From Vulcanimicrobiota bacterium (GTDB lineage: Bacteria > Vulcanimicrobiota > Vulcanimicrobiia > Vulcanimicrobiales > Vulcanimicrobiaceae), in NCBI GenBank assembly GCA_963786105.1, contig CAWAXX010000013.1:32001-96000 (forward strand): a stretch of DNA of 64,000 bases, in the 5' to 3' direction. Positions 50,264-61,259 of this stretch are shown here, piece by piece. The position numbers were made by a program, and so were the translations under genes. The notes beneath the pieces were generated by a model, which made no database searches, was not told the DNA's origin, and saw only the letters and a list, made by a program, of their open reading frames with translations. Positions within the stretch are counted from its first letter, which is position 1. The number at the start of each line of letters is the position of its first letter.

Positions 50264-50800
50264 ATGGTTGAAAACGCGGATACCGTGAGCTTGGTTTGCG
50301 CACTGCTCGTGCGCTTTCCGGAGCTCGCTTCAATTCGCTCGTTCCCAGGCGACCGCACCGCGCGGCTCACGTTTGCGCTGCGCCGGCGTCTCGACCGTTC
50401 CGCACAGTCGGCGCTGGCCGAAGCGATCGAGGAGCACATTCGCAGCTTTCTCAGCCTTGCCAAGGACGACGCGCAGACCCTGCGGCTGGAATGCGAGGGC
50501 GACCGGTCGATGACGTTCGTCCACATCACGCGCGACCTGGAGACCTTCACGAAGGAAGAGTTGGAGCTGCACGTCGGGTTCTTCGGCGAGCGTTTCGGCG
50601 ACGCACTCGTTCGCAACCCGATGCCCGACGACCACGCCGATACCGACCCGGCAGCCCAGGACGAAGCGGCGCTGTACGCCGTCGAAGCCTTGCGCGACCC
50701 CGCGCAGTCCAAGAGTCTGGTCGGCTTTCGAGAAGAGAAGCGCGTGCTCGTGTACTTCTTGAAGTCGCAGAAGAAAGCCAAGGCGTCGGCTCGCCGATAG
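50264..50800 (+). CDS. Conserved hypothetical protein upstream of ymdB
   Basis: GGGAG RBS, ATG 50264; LLVRFPELASI; C-terminal LVGFREEKRVLVYF. Confidence 0.7.
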   Translation: MVENADTVSLVCALLVRFPELASIRSFPGDRTARLTFALRRRLDRSAQSALAEAIEEHIRSFLSLAKDDAQTLRLECEGDRSMTFVHITRDLETFTKEELELHVGFFGERFGDALVRNPMPDDHADTDPAAQDEAALYAVEALRDPAQSKSLVGFREEKRVLVYFLKSQKKAKASARR

Positions 50801-51597
50801 CCATTCCCGTCGTCCGCGTTTTGCTCATCGGGGACGTTGTGGGCTCCCCGGGGCGCGAGACGCTCAAGCGCTGCGTGTCGTTGGCACGAGAGCAGCATCA
50901 GGTTCACGCCTGCTTGGCAAACGGCGAAAATGCCGCCGGCGGTTTCGGCTTGACGGCCCAGACCGCCGACGAGATGTTCGGCAGCGGCGTCGACTTCATC
51001 ACCAGCGGCAATCACATCTTCGACAAACGCGATTTCAAGGATTACTTGGAATCCAGCGACCGCGTGATACGGCCGGCCAACTATCCACCCTCGACCCCCG
51101 GACGGGGCACCGGTACGTTCGTCGTCGAAGGCGTGACGGTGGGTGTCCTGAACCTCATGGGACGGACCTTTATGCCGCCGGTGGACGATCCGTTCCGTTG
51201 TGCCGACGCTTTGGTCGACGATCTCCGGCGCCGGACGCCCGTGATCGTCGTGGACGTGCACGCCGAAGCGAGCTCGGAGAAGGTCGCACTCGGACGCTAT
51301 CTCGACGGCCGGGTGTCGTGCGTCTACGGCACCCACACGCACGTCCAGACGTCCGACGAACAGCTTTTCCCGGGAGGCACCGCCTACATCACCGACGTGG
51401 GTATGACCGGCCCCACCGCCGGGGTGATCGGCATGGAATCGCGCGCCGTGTTGGACCGTTTTCTGACCGGCATCTCGGAACGCTTCAGCGTCGAAAAATC
51501 GGGAACCAAACAGTTTTGTGCCGCAGTTGTGGGGATCGATACGAACACCGGCAAAGCGACCGAGATCAAACGCATCTTCCAACGAGGAATCGCGTGA
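50797..51597 (+). CDS. ymdB: YmdB/TIGR00282 metallophosphoesterase
   Basis: IGDVVG, NGENAAGG, TSGNH, RPANYP, DVHAEASSEK, GTHTH, TDVGMTG; start uncertain (ATA 50797 or TTG 50821). Confidence 0.92.
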   Translation: MAIPVVRVLLIGDVVGSPGRETLKRCVSLAREQHQVHACLANGENAAGGFGLTAQTADEMFGSGVDFITSGNHIFDKRDFKDYLESSDRVIRPANYPPSTPGRGTGTFVVEGVTVGVLNLMGRTFMPPVDDPFRCADALVDDLRRRTPVIVVDVHAEASSEKVALGRYLDGRVSCVYGTHTHVQTSDEQLFPGGTAYITDVGMTGPTAGVIGMESRAVLDRFLTGISERFSVEKSGTKQFCAAVVGIDTNTGKATEIKRIFQRGIA

Positions 51598-51604
51598 CGC
51601 GACG

Positions 51605-51949
51605 ATGAGCGCCGACGGACCGTTAAAGGTTTCGACGAAGAGCAATCCAAACGCGGTGGCGGGTGCCCTCGCGGCGTCGTTGCGCGAACGCGAGAGCGCC
51701 GAGCTGCAAGCGGTCGGCGCCGGAGCGATCAATCAAGCCATCAAGGCGGTCGCCATCGCTCGCAACTATCTCAAGACTGCCGGTATCGACATCGTCTGCG
51801 TTCCCGCGTTCATCACCGTTGCCATCAGCGACAACGAACGCACCGGAATCGCGCTCGTCGTCGAGCGGCGCCCCGCACGACAAACTATTGAGGAGGCTAC
51901 GATCCTGGAACCATCGACGCAAGACGACGGCATGACGGTGCCTGAGTGA
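51605..51949 (+). CDS. spoVS: SpoVS family protein with C-terminal extension
   Basis: LKVSTKSNPNAVAGALA, QAVGAGAINQAIKAVAIAR, PAF, ERT. Confidence 0.93.
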   Translation: MSADGPLKVSTKSNPNAVAGALAASLRERESAELQAVGAGAINQAIKAVAIARNYLKTAGIDIVCVPAFITVAISDNERTGIALVVERRPARQTIEEATILEPSTQDDGMTVPE

Positions 51950-52757
51950 AAATAGACCTGCACTCGCATACCAACGTCAGCGACGGCACGCTGGTCCCGC
52001 AGGCGTTGGCGGACTTCATGGGCGAGCGGAAGGTCGAGATCTTCTGCATCTCCGATCACGATACGCTGGGGGCCTACGGAAAGTTCGAACCGCCGGCCGG
52101 TTCGCGCTACATTACCGGGATCGAGATCAACACGACCTGGCGCGAAAACGAAGTACACGTGCTCGGATACAACGTCCCGCTCGGGCCTTCGTCGATCAAC
52201 GAACTGCTGGAATTCAACCAGGATCAGCGCCGGATGCGCGCTCAGACGATGGTCAACCAACTGCGCGCCGCCGGCTACGGCCTGACGCTCGATGACGTGC
52301 TGCGCGAATCCGACGAAGCGCACTCGGTGGGGCGCCCGCACGTGGCCAAAGCGCTGGTTCGGGCGGGCATGACCGAAAGCGTCAGCACGGCCTTTCGTGA
52401 TATGCTCGGACGCGGGAAGCCGGGCTACGTGCCGCAGCTTTACACGACGCCGCAACGAGCCATCGAGACGATTACGGCGGTCGGGGAATTCCGGTGCTGG
52501 CACATCCGGGACGCTTGCGCGATCGCATCCTGATCGACGAGCTCGCACATCACGGCTTGAAGGGTCTCGAAGTCTTCTATCCGTTGCACGAGCCGAGCGA
52601 CGTCGCGGAGTTTCGCGCCAAGGCGCAGGAATACGGTTTAGTGATGACTGCCGGGATGGACTTTCACGACATTCGCTATCACACCCAAGGCGTCGGGATG
52701 GAGGTCGACGAGGCCGACGTCGCACCGTTCCTCGAACTCGTCGAAGTCTTCGCGTGA
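51946..52757 (+). pseudogene. PHP-domain phosphoesterase split by a 1-nt deletion (real or sequencing error)
   Basis: DLHSHT..SDG, SDHD and GRPH in one frame; LAHP, GLEVFYP and GMDFH in another; one extra G in GGGG 52483-52486 restores ...VGGIPVLAHPG. Confidence 0.85.
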
Positions 52758-54256
52758 TCGCGGCGGCGGCACTCGCCCTGGCGATCGACGCGCCTACGCG
52801 AACGCCCCGCCTGAAGCACTCGATCGTTGCCGCGGAGGTCTACGATCTCGACGCGCATCGCGTGCTGTTCGCACGCAACGCCGCAAAGCTGATGGTCGCC
52901 GCGTCCACCACGAAGCTCTTGACCGAGGGCACCAGTTTAGCGCTGCTCGGGCCTGGCTTTCGCTGGACGACGCCGGTGTATCGCACCGGACCGATCGACG
53001 CGCGCGGCGTCGTGCACGGCGATCTGGTGCTCGTCGCCGGCGGCGATCCTAACCTGTCGCAGCGTATCCGCAGCGATGGTACGCTAGCGTTTGAAGACGA
53101 GGATCACGCCTACGACGGCTCGGCCGAAACCAGAGCCGTGCCGGGCGATCCGCTCGCAGTGTTGCGCGACCTCGCCGCTCAAGTTTCTAAAGCCGGGGTA
53201 ACGGCAATCGACGGCCGGGTGCTAGTCGACGGTTCGCTCCTTCCCGATCAAGGTGCGGAATCGGGAACGGGCGTCACCGTCTCGCCGATCGTCGTCAACG
53301 ACAACGTGATCGACGTCACCGTGACGCCGGCGAGTAGCGCGGGGGGCGCCGCCACCTTGACGGCTTCCCCGCGGACGGCATACGTGACGTTTGTAAATAA
53401 GACGACGACGGGCGCCCTAAAAAGCGACGCGACCGTAGACATGAGCCATGATGTAGCCGATGCGAACGGCCGGCATACGGTGACCGTTACCGGCTCCCAG
53501 CCGATCGGTCCGAGCGTGCTCTATGCCTATCGAGTTCCCGATCCGAAACGGTTCGCGCAAGACGCGTTCACGCTCGCGCTGCGGGAAGCGGGCGTCGCCG
53601 TGTCGTCGCCCGCGAGCGCCGCGCCATCCGGCATCGCGGCGCAGCAGGCGTTCGTCCCGGCGAATCTCGTCGCGCAGCACGTCTCACCGCCGCTTTCCGA
53701 AGACGCCTACATCACGTTGAAGGTCAGCGACAATCTGCACGCCGCGCTGATGCCTTACCTTTGGGCGGTGTATCTCGCTCATGCCAAGAACGACTATCTT
53801 CGCGCGGGTTTCGCGTTGGAAGCGCAGCTGTTGCGTCGAGCCGGGCTGAACCTCCAAGAGGCAGCTCAGGAAGACGGCGAGGGCAGCAGCGCGTTTTTCA
53901 CCGCCGATTTCATGGTGCGCTATCTGGCGTGGGCTCGTACGCAAGTCTGGTATCCGTTCCTGTTGCGCGGCTTGCCGATCATGGGCGTCGACGGCACGCT
54001 GGCCAACATCCAAAAACACTCGTCGGCGCGCGGAAAGGTGTTCGCCAAGACCGGTACCGACGACAGCGAGAACTTTCTCGGCGGCGGCAGCGTCATCGAA
54101 AAAGGCCTAGCCGGCTACATCACCACGCGCGCCGGCCGCCATGTCGCTTTCGCGTTTTACATTAGCGCGTTCAAAGGACCGCACGACGAAGATACGGGCA
54201 CGGTTGCCGGTCAAATTCTCGGCGCGATGGCGGGAGCGACGTACAACGCGATCTAA
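52754..54256 (+). CDS. dacB: D-Ala-D-Ala carboxypeptidase/endopeptidase (PBP4, peptidase S13)
   Basis: STTK (SxxK), GDLVLVAGGDP, SDN, KTG; GTG 52754. Confidence 0.88.
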   Translation: MIAAAALALAIDAPTRTPRLKHSIVAAEVYDLDAHRVLFARNAAKLMVAASTTKLLTEGTSLALLGPGFRWTTPVYRTGPIDARGVVHGDLVLVAGGDPNLSQRIRSDGTLAFEDEDHAYDGSAETRAVPGDPLAVLRDLAAQVSKAGVTAIDGRVLVDGSLLPDQGAESGTGVTVSPIVVNDNVIDVTVTPASSAGGAATLTASPRTAYVTFVNKTTTGALKSDATVDMSHDVADANGRHTVTVTGSQPIGPSVLYAYRVPDPKRFAQDAFTLALREAGVAVSSPASAAPSGIAAQQAFVPANLVAQHVSPPLSEDAYITLKVSDNLHAALMPYLWAVYLAHAKNDYLRAGFALEAQLLRRAGLNLQEAAQEDGEGSSAFFTADFMVRYLAWARTQVWYPFLLRGLPIMGVDGTLANIQKHSSARGKVFAKTGTDDSENFLGGGSVIEKGLAGYITTRAGRHVAFAFYISAFKGPHDEDTGTVAGQILGAMAGATYNAI

Positions 54257-54873
54257 CGCGCGAGGGCGGCGGCGACGGCCGCGCGCACGCGACCAACGGC
54301 GTTGTCCCCGTCGCTTTCGTACCGGACGAGTTTCGAGGCTTGATCGGCGATCGCCGATTCATCGCGCATGAAGCGATGATTGACGCGCACGTTAAGCGCG
54401 CATGCGGCCAGCGCGGCAGCGCCGAACTCGGCCGCGCACCCCACATCGCTGGCGAGGTTGCGGTTCGGAATCTGCAAGAGGCGATCGGCGAGGCGAACGA
54501 CGTCGAGCGCGAGCGCCGCGGTCTCGAGCGGTTCTTGCGCCGCCGCATGTAACGCCGTTTCTAGCGCCTCACGGCGTGCGGTCGTTTGTTCCGGCGTTTC
54601 CTTGGGCAGCGCTTGCGCCGCAACGACGCGGCCGAAGGCGCGTTCGTCCCGGTCGCGCGCGGTCGCGAGCCGCAATCGCAGGCCGTCGCCGTCGGCAACG
54701 ATCTGGCGCAACGCGCCGGCGTGCTCGGCATAACTCGGATTGCGCTCGCAAATGCGCGCGACCATTGCGACTAATGCCGCACCGATCGACGCAACGATGG
54801 CCGCGGCGCTGCCTCCGCCTGGAACCGGCTCGGCGGACGCGAGGTTGTGCAGATACAGATCGATGGTTTCCAC
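54253..54873 (-). CDS. Cyclodeaminase/cyclohydrolase family (FTCD C-terminal-like)
   Basis: LASAEPVPGGGSAAA, NRNLASD, NVRVN. Confidence 0.9.
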   Translation of the reverse strand: METIDLYLHNLASAEPVPGGGSAAAIVASIGAALVAMVARICERNPSYAEHAGALRQIVADGDGLRLRLATARDRDERAFGRVVAAQALPKETPEQTTARREALETALHAAAQEPLETAALALDVVRLADRLLQIPNRNLASDVGCAAEFGAAALAACALNVRVNHRFMRDESAIADQASKLVRYESDGDNAVGRVRAAVAAALAR

Positions 54874-54889
54874 GTTCGGTCAGTTAGCC

Positions 54890-56275
<1,386 letters not shown>

Positions 56276-56276
56276 A

Positions 56277-57500
56277 GTGGCATACCGCCGGTTTTTCACC
56301 AGCGAGTCCGTGACCGAAGGCCATCCCGACAAGGTCGCGGACCAGATTTCGGATGCCGTGCTCGATGCGCTTCTCCGAGAGGATCCGCAGTCGCGCGTCG
56401 CGGTCGAGACGTTTGCGATTACCGGCCAGATCCATCTTGCCGGTGAAGTCACGACCAAGACGTACATCGACATTCCGCGGATCGTGCGCGAAGTGATTCG
56501 GGACATCGGGTATACGAAATCGGCGGTCGGCTTCGACGCGGATACCTGCGGCGTGAGCATTTCGATCGACGAGCAGTCTGCCGACATCGCGATGGGCGTC
56601 GATAAGTCGCTCGAAGCCAAAGGCGGCGAGGACGACGAGTTCGAGCGAACCGGTGCCGGCGACCAAGGCATGATGTTCGGATTCGCGTGTCGCGAAACCG
56701 ACGAGCTGATGCCGCTGCCGATCGTTCTCGCGCACAATCTCGCGCGCCACTTGGCCGCGGCTCGAAAGAACGGCGACATTCCCTACCTGCGGCCTGACGG
56801 CAAGTCGCAAGTAACCGTCGAGTATGACGGCGATCGCCCGGTTCGTATCGAGGCGGTCGTCATCTCGACGCAGCACGATCCCGACATCGCCCTCGAAGTG
56901 ATTCGAAACGAAGTCACCGAGAAGGTGATCGATCACGTGATTCCGCGATCGTTGCGCGACCGAAACACGCGCATCTACGTCAATCCCACCGGACGTTTCG
57001 TCATCGGCGGTCCCAAAGGCGACGCGGGTTTAACCGGACGGAAGATCATCGCCGATACTTACGGCGGAATGGCCCGCCACGGCGGTGGCGCGTTCTCCGG
57101 GAAGGATCCGACGAAGGTGGACCGGTCGGCCGCATACGCCGCGCGCTGGGTGGCTAAGAACGTCGTCGCCGCCGGACTGGCCGATCGCTGCGAGATTCAG
57201 GTCGCCTACGCCATCGGCGTCGCGCACCCGATGAATCTCTTCGTCGAAACTTTCGGCACGGCGAAAATCGACGAGGAACAAATTGCCAAAGCGGTGCTCG
57301 ACGTATTCGACCTGCGGCCTGCCGCGATCATCCATCACTTGAATCTGCGCCGCCCGATCTATCGCCAAACGGCCTCGTACGGCCACTTCGGACGCCCCGA
57401 CTTAGACCTTCCGTGGGAGCGGCTCAATCGCGTCGAAGCGCTTCGCAAAGCGACTGGGTTTACCGGCGAGGCGCTGCGCGTTCCCAACTTTGCAACCTAG
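56277..57500 (+). CDS. metK: S-adenosylmethionine synthetase
   Basis: [34 protein letters not shown]. Confidence 0.98.
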   Translation: MAYRRFFTSESVTEGHPDKVADQISDAVLDALLREDPQSRVAVETFAITGQIHLAGEVTTKTYIDIPRIVREVIRDIGYTKSAVGFDADTCGVSISIDEQSADIAMGVDKSLEAKGGEDDEFERTGAGDQGMMFGFACRETDELMPLPIVLAHNLARHLAAARKNGDIPYLRPDGKSQVTVEYDGDRPVRIEAVVISTQHDPDIALEVIRNEVTEKVIDHVIPRSLRDRNTRIYVNPTGRFVIGGPKGDAGLTGRKIIADTYGGMARHGGGAFSGKDPTKVDRSAAYAARWVAKNVVAAGLADRCEIQVAYAIGVAHPMNLFVETFGTAKIDEEQIAKAVLDVFDLRPAAIIHHLNLRRPIYRQTASYGHFGRPDLDLPWERLNRVEALRKATGFTGEALRVPNFAT

Positions 57501-57516
57501 TATAAGAGGAGGAGCG

Positions 57517-58125
57517 ATGTTGAAGAAGACGATGGCGCCGGCGCTAATCAAAGCCGCCGCGGTTACGTGCGCGCTGGCGGCAACGTTCGTGGTGGCTCGG
57601 GCGGCAACGATCCCGAGCGGTACCAAAATCCTTTGCGTGCTGGGCAAAGGTGTGAACTCGGCGACGCTCAAAGTCGGCACCGACTTCAAACTACACGTCG
57701 ACGATCCGGCGCAGCCCGGATTAACCGGCGCGGCGATCCACGGTCACGTCACCGACGTGGCGGGTCCCGGCGGAATGACGCGCGCCCGAATCGGCTTCAT
57801 TCTCGACTACATTCAGTTCAAGAACGGCGCCCGTAGCTCTATTCACGCCAACATCGTGAGCAAGAACGTAACACAAACCAACACGGCGGCCGTCCGTCAG
57901 GAGGCAGTCAAGTTCTCGCTCCCTCCTATGCCCAACGGGACCGTTACGCCCGGACCGATTGCGTGGCAAATGCATTTCCGCCGGGATGCCGCCCCATCGG
58001 TGTCGCCGCCGCCTGCCGGCAACACTAGCGGCTACGTGTACGCTCAGAAATCTAATGAGAATATCGTTATTCCGCCCGGCGCCCCGGTTACTATTGCGCT
58101 AACGAGTGACCTGACCACGCCATAA
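57517..58125 (+). CDS. Secreted protein, TrbI/VirB10-like beta domain
   Basis: GAGGAGG RBS; signal peptide; IPSGT...GAAIHGHV...IVIPPGAPVTIAL. Confidence 0.55.
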   Translation: MLKKTMAPALIKAAAVTCALAATFVVARAATIPSGTKILCVLGKGVNSATLKVGTDFKLHVDDPAQPGLTGAAIHGHVTDVAGPGGMTRARIGFILDYIQFKNGARSSIHANIVSKNVTQTNTAAVRQEAVKFSLPPMPNGTVTPGPIAWQMHFRRDAAPSVSPPPAGNTSGYVYAQKSNENIVIPPGAPVTIALTSDLTTP

Positions 58126-58165
58126 TGCGTTGGTCGGGAGACCACCAACGGGGAATGACGTAGAC

Positions 58166-58765
58166 ATGAGAATTCGAAATCGGCTCGGCATGCTGGCGAT
58201 GATCGCGGCGCTCGCCGTAACGGCAGCGCTCGCATCGGCAGCCGAAAGCATCACGCTATATAACGGCACGGTACTCAATGCGCGACTCAACCAAGGCCTC
58301 GACTCCGGTTCGGCCCACGTGGGTGACGTGTTCACGATGACCGTGATCCCGCCGTATCCCAGCGGAAATCCCGCGTTTCAAGGGTCAACGATTAGCGGCG
58401 TAGTGACGAAGGTTCAGCCTGCAGGCCAGGGTCGCAATCCCGAGATCGTCATCGTTCCGGAGTACCTGCGGCTCGATGGCGGCAGCACCGCGAACATTTT
58501 AGGAAGCGTGACCAGCGTTGCCGCCAACAAGAGCACGGCAGGAACGGCTGGGAAAGCGGCCATCGGGGCGCTTGCTGGCATGTTGATCGGCAACGCGATC
58601 GGTCAAACGATCTTCCACACGAGCGGCGGCGGGGCGGTCGGTTTGATCAGCGGCGCGATGCTCGGGGCGAACAACAAGACGAACTTCAGCATTCCACCCG
58701 GAGCCAACGCGACCGTCCAGCTTAGTCAGACGGTCACCGTCCGCCGCCAGTCGTCACAGCCCTAG
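58166..58765 (+). CDS. Secreted protein, TrbI/VirB10-like domain with glycine zipper
   Basis: Signal peptide; GTVLNARL..LDS; GALAGMLIG and GGAVG..GAMLG zipper. Confidence 0.6.
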   Translation: MRIRNRLGMLAMIAALAVTAALASAAESITLYNGTVLNARLNQGLDSGSAHVGDVFTMTVIPPYPSGNPAFQGSTISGVVTKVQPAGQGRNPEIVIVPEYLRLDGGSTANILGSVTSVAANKSTAGTAGKAAIGALAGMLIGNAIGQTIFHTSGGGAVGLISGAMLGANNKTNFSIPPGANATVQLSQTVTVRRQSSQP

Positions 58766-58771
58766 TAAGGG

Positions 58772-58957
58772 CTATTGGACGACGGGCGTTTTGACCCGAT
58801 CGCGGAGCGTGGAGACGGATGACCGATGCGCGTGGGCGGTCACCACGGCGATGACCTTCATGCCGGGATCGGAGGCGTTGGCGGCGGCTCCGAGCGCCGA
58901 ATAGCCGCAAAACGCGATTATGCTGGCGGCGACGAAACTGAGACCGAACCGTACCAT
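58772..58957 (-). CDS. Small (61 aa) exported or membrane protein
   Basis: GGAGG RBS; hydrophobic N-terminus; near-consensus promoter upstream. Confidence 0.6.
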   Translation of the reverse strand: MVRFGLSFVAASIIAFCGYSALGAAANASDPGMKVIAVVTAHAHRSSVSTLRDRVKTPVVQ

Positions 58958-58975
58958 TTTGGGGGACCTCCAGGA

Positions 58976-59045
58976 CTCTTAAGGTTTTAGTTGATAGGCC
59001 TAGCCTACTCCCGCCGGATGGGTTTGTCAACTAAAAACTTAAGAG
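58976..59045 (-). promoter_or_regulatory. Sigma70 promoter TTGACA-N17-TAGGCT flanked by long inverted repeats
   Basis: -35 at 59030-59025, -10 at 59007-59002; arms CTCTTAAG(G/T)TTTTAGTTGA at 58976-58994 and 59045-59027. Confidence 0.75.
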
Positions 59046-59121
59046 AAAGATATCAAAAATCGCCCACTGCGTTGCGGGCCCCTTCGGCCTCGGGGTAAAA
59101 TCCCGCAAGTCGGTCCCTCGT

Positions 59122-59197
59122 TCCGGATTAGCTCAGTTGGTAGAGCAGCTGACTGTTAATCAGCGGGTCGCTGGTTCGAGTCCAGCATCCGGAGCCA
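59122..59197 (+). tRNA. tRNA-Asn (GTT)
   Basis: TCCGGAT/ATCCGGA acceptor stem; GCTGA-CTGTTAA-TCAGC; GGTTCGAGTCC; encoded CCA; 76 nt. Confidence 0.98.
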
Positions 59198-59200
59198 TCT

Positions 59201-59240
59201 ACTCCCTCGTAAATCGATGCATTTGCGGGGGAGTTTTTCT
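59201..59240 (+). terminator. Intrinsic terminator after tRNA-Asn
   Basis: ACTCCCTCGTAAAT / ATTTGCGGGGGAGT stem followed by a T-run. Confidence 0.8.
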
Positions 59241-59644
59241 GTGCGGCGATGCCGTGTAGCCCCTTTGTAGCGCTTTCTGAAACGACATGCTCCCTCGCAC
59301 GGCAAGTCGGTCAGCTCCGATCCGCTAGGTAATGCGTCATCGAAAACCGAGGGCACGGTTACTCGGAAAAAGGAGATAAGGCGTTTCAAAACGAGGCCCC
59401 TGACACTGGGCGCGATTTAAGGCTCTTCGAAGCAAGGAGCTCGCGGCTGCAAAGCGAGCGAGGCGTCTAGGTTACGATGGCCTCGCGATCTCGAAGTCGT
59501 GCTCGGGGCGGAGCTCTACCTCAGTGCGCCGGAAGTGCGCTGGACGAATGGTTGCGTCAGAACGCCCGTTTCTTACAACCCGTCCGTTCGCGCTGAGTTC
59601 TATAGCAGAGCCGTGGTGTGTGATCACAAGGTCTACACGTTTTG

Positions 59645-59782
59645 CGTCACGCCTTTGCGCGGCGCAAAATGGGCCACTTTGCGATGCTCGTCGAGGGCGC
59701 GATCGATGACGTCTCGATCAACCGCGCCCTTGCGGCGTTGAAGAAGCTCGGCTGGACTCAATCAGTCGGCGCCAACTCCTAA
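59645..59782 (+). pseudogene. Fragment resembling the PurK C-terminus
   Basis: RHAFARRKMGHFAMLVEGAIDD...; RKMGH is the PurK C-terminal motif; in-frame TGA at 59621 upstream. Confidence 0.5.
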
Positions 59783-60679
59783 CGGAGCCGCATTGGCCAG
59801 ACCAGCCGTAATAGCGTACGACGACTGACTGCCCGCAGGCAAGACGACGACCGACGGCGATGGCGTACCGGTGAAGGGGACGTAGATGGTGCCATCGTTT
59901 CCGCGCCCGATGAAGCGAATGCTGGCCCCGTAGTACGTGTCTTTTATCGGTTTGTAGCTGGGCGGAGCGTAGACACTGAGCGTGGCGGCGTTTGCCGCGT
60001 AGAGGTTCCCGGCATTGTCAAGCGCTAACCCGGAACAAGCCGCTAGTCCGATGGGATTCCCCGTTGGCTGACCGGCGACGTACTCTTGGGCAAACCCTCC
60101 CGCTGAATCGTACATATCGATGAACACAACGCGATTATGCACCGCGACACCTTCGATCGCGAAATTCTCCGGAGCGTTTATTTGAGCGGTCACGGTGTCG
60201 GAATCGGGTTTGAATTCTGCGACGTACCCGGATTTGCACGCGGTTTCGCAGTGGCTTGCAACGTAAAGCCAGTTTCGCTCGTCCACTGCCAGGCCTTGAG
60301 GTTTGTAGAGGCCATTAGTAATGGTACGCACGAGCGATGTCGCCCCGTGAGAAAAAACGTCGATCGTTGAAGTATTTAGCAGGGCGACGAATACGTGGCC
60401 GTTGCCGTCGACGGCGACGCCTTGCGGAACGTCCCCGAGTGGAATCGTTCGAATGGGCGAGGGGTTTAAAACGCCCTCCGGATAGACTAAAAGCTGTTCG
60501 TTTTTGGCGTCGCCAACGTAGATGTATTTTTGCGTTGAAGCCGTACTGTATTTTTGAGCTGACGCCGTATTGTAAGACGGTGCCACGGCACCCGTCGTAC
60601 TCTTAGTCGGAAGGTACGATGTCGCTCCCGAACTACAAGCTGCTAACGACAATGCGAAAAAGGAGTTTACGAGTTTCAT
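59762..60679 (-). CDS. Secreted lipoprotein, NHL-like beta-propeller
   Basis: Lipobox LAAC; PQGVAVDGNGHVFV, PQGLAVDERNWLYV and GLALDNAGNLY blades. Confidence 0.8.
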   Translation of the reverse strand: MKLVNSFFALSLAACSSGATSYLPTKSTTGAVAPSYNTASAQKYSTASTQKYIYVGDAKNEQLLVYPEGVLNPSPIRTIPLGDVPQGVAVDGNGHVFVALLNTSTIDVFSHGATSLVRTITNGLYKPQGLAVDERNWLYVASHCETACKSGYVAEFKPDSDTVTAQINAPENFAIEGVAVHNRVVFIDMYDSAGGFAQEYVAGQPTGNPIGLAACSGLALDNAGNLYAANAATLSVYAPPSYKPIKDTYYGASIRFIGRGNDGTIYVPFTGTPSPSVVVLPAGSQSSYAITAGLANAAPLGVGAD

Positions 60680-61259
60680 TTGTTCCGGTGTGCTCCGTTA
60701 AGTGAAGTGATGACACCGGACAATCTAGCGTGGGGCTGAGCGCGGCGTAACGCACAACATTCACAAACGACCTGCACATCTGCGTACACCGCCACACAGG
60801 GGTCCACTAACGAGCCTCACGACACGCACAAACGGCCCGCAAGGTCGACGCTTGGCGCCGCTGCCGCCGCTTGAGGATGCTCGCTCCATGTCGGCGAAAA
60901 CGGGCAGAAAGTGGAAGGAGAGCAAGAACTTCAGGCTCTCCGCCCTTCAGAACGCAGCTTCCGGGTTATCGGCTCGCCGTTGGGATTTCGCAAAGAGGCG
61001 GTGGCCGAACGCACCCAAATGAGCGCGAACTGGATCGCGTGGCGACGAGTATGCCGAACCCCCTTGCAGCTATGCTCGAACGGCCCGGTGGCGCCGCACA
61101 TGTCCCGGCGCGCGGCCGTCGTCGCGGCGCGAAAGGACACCCTCACAGCGGGAAAACACATGACTTTTGTCGTATGTAAAGTGCCGGGCGATCAGCCGCT
61201 TTCCCGTAGCCTTACCAGGCCTGAACTTCGGCCATCCCCTGGGCGAAAGGAGCAATTAC

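Noticed and set aside
50158..51732. 708-aa minus-strand ORF 49606..51732 as one protein
   Set aside because: Its 5' three quarters are the antisense shadow of the hypothetical-ymdB-spoVS genes; only the last 183 codons look like a real gene
52478..52495. Programmed -1 frameshift in the PHP gene
   Set aside because: In-frame C GGG GAA is not an X XXY YYZ slippery heptamer; a homopolymer indel is simpler
60525..60575. 24-bp tandem repeat in the propeller lipoprotein (YNTASAQK/YSTASTQK)
   Set aside because: A two-copy degenerate linker duplication with no evident wider significance
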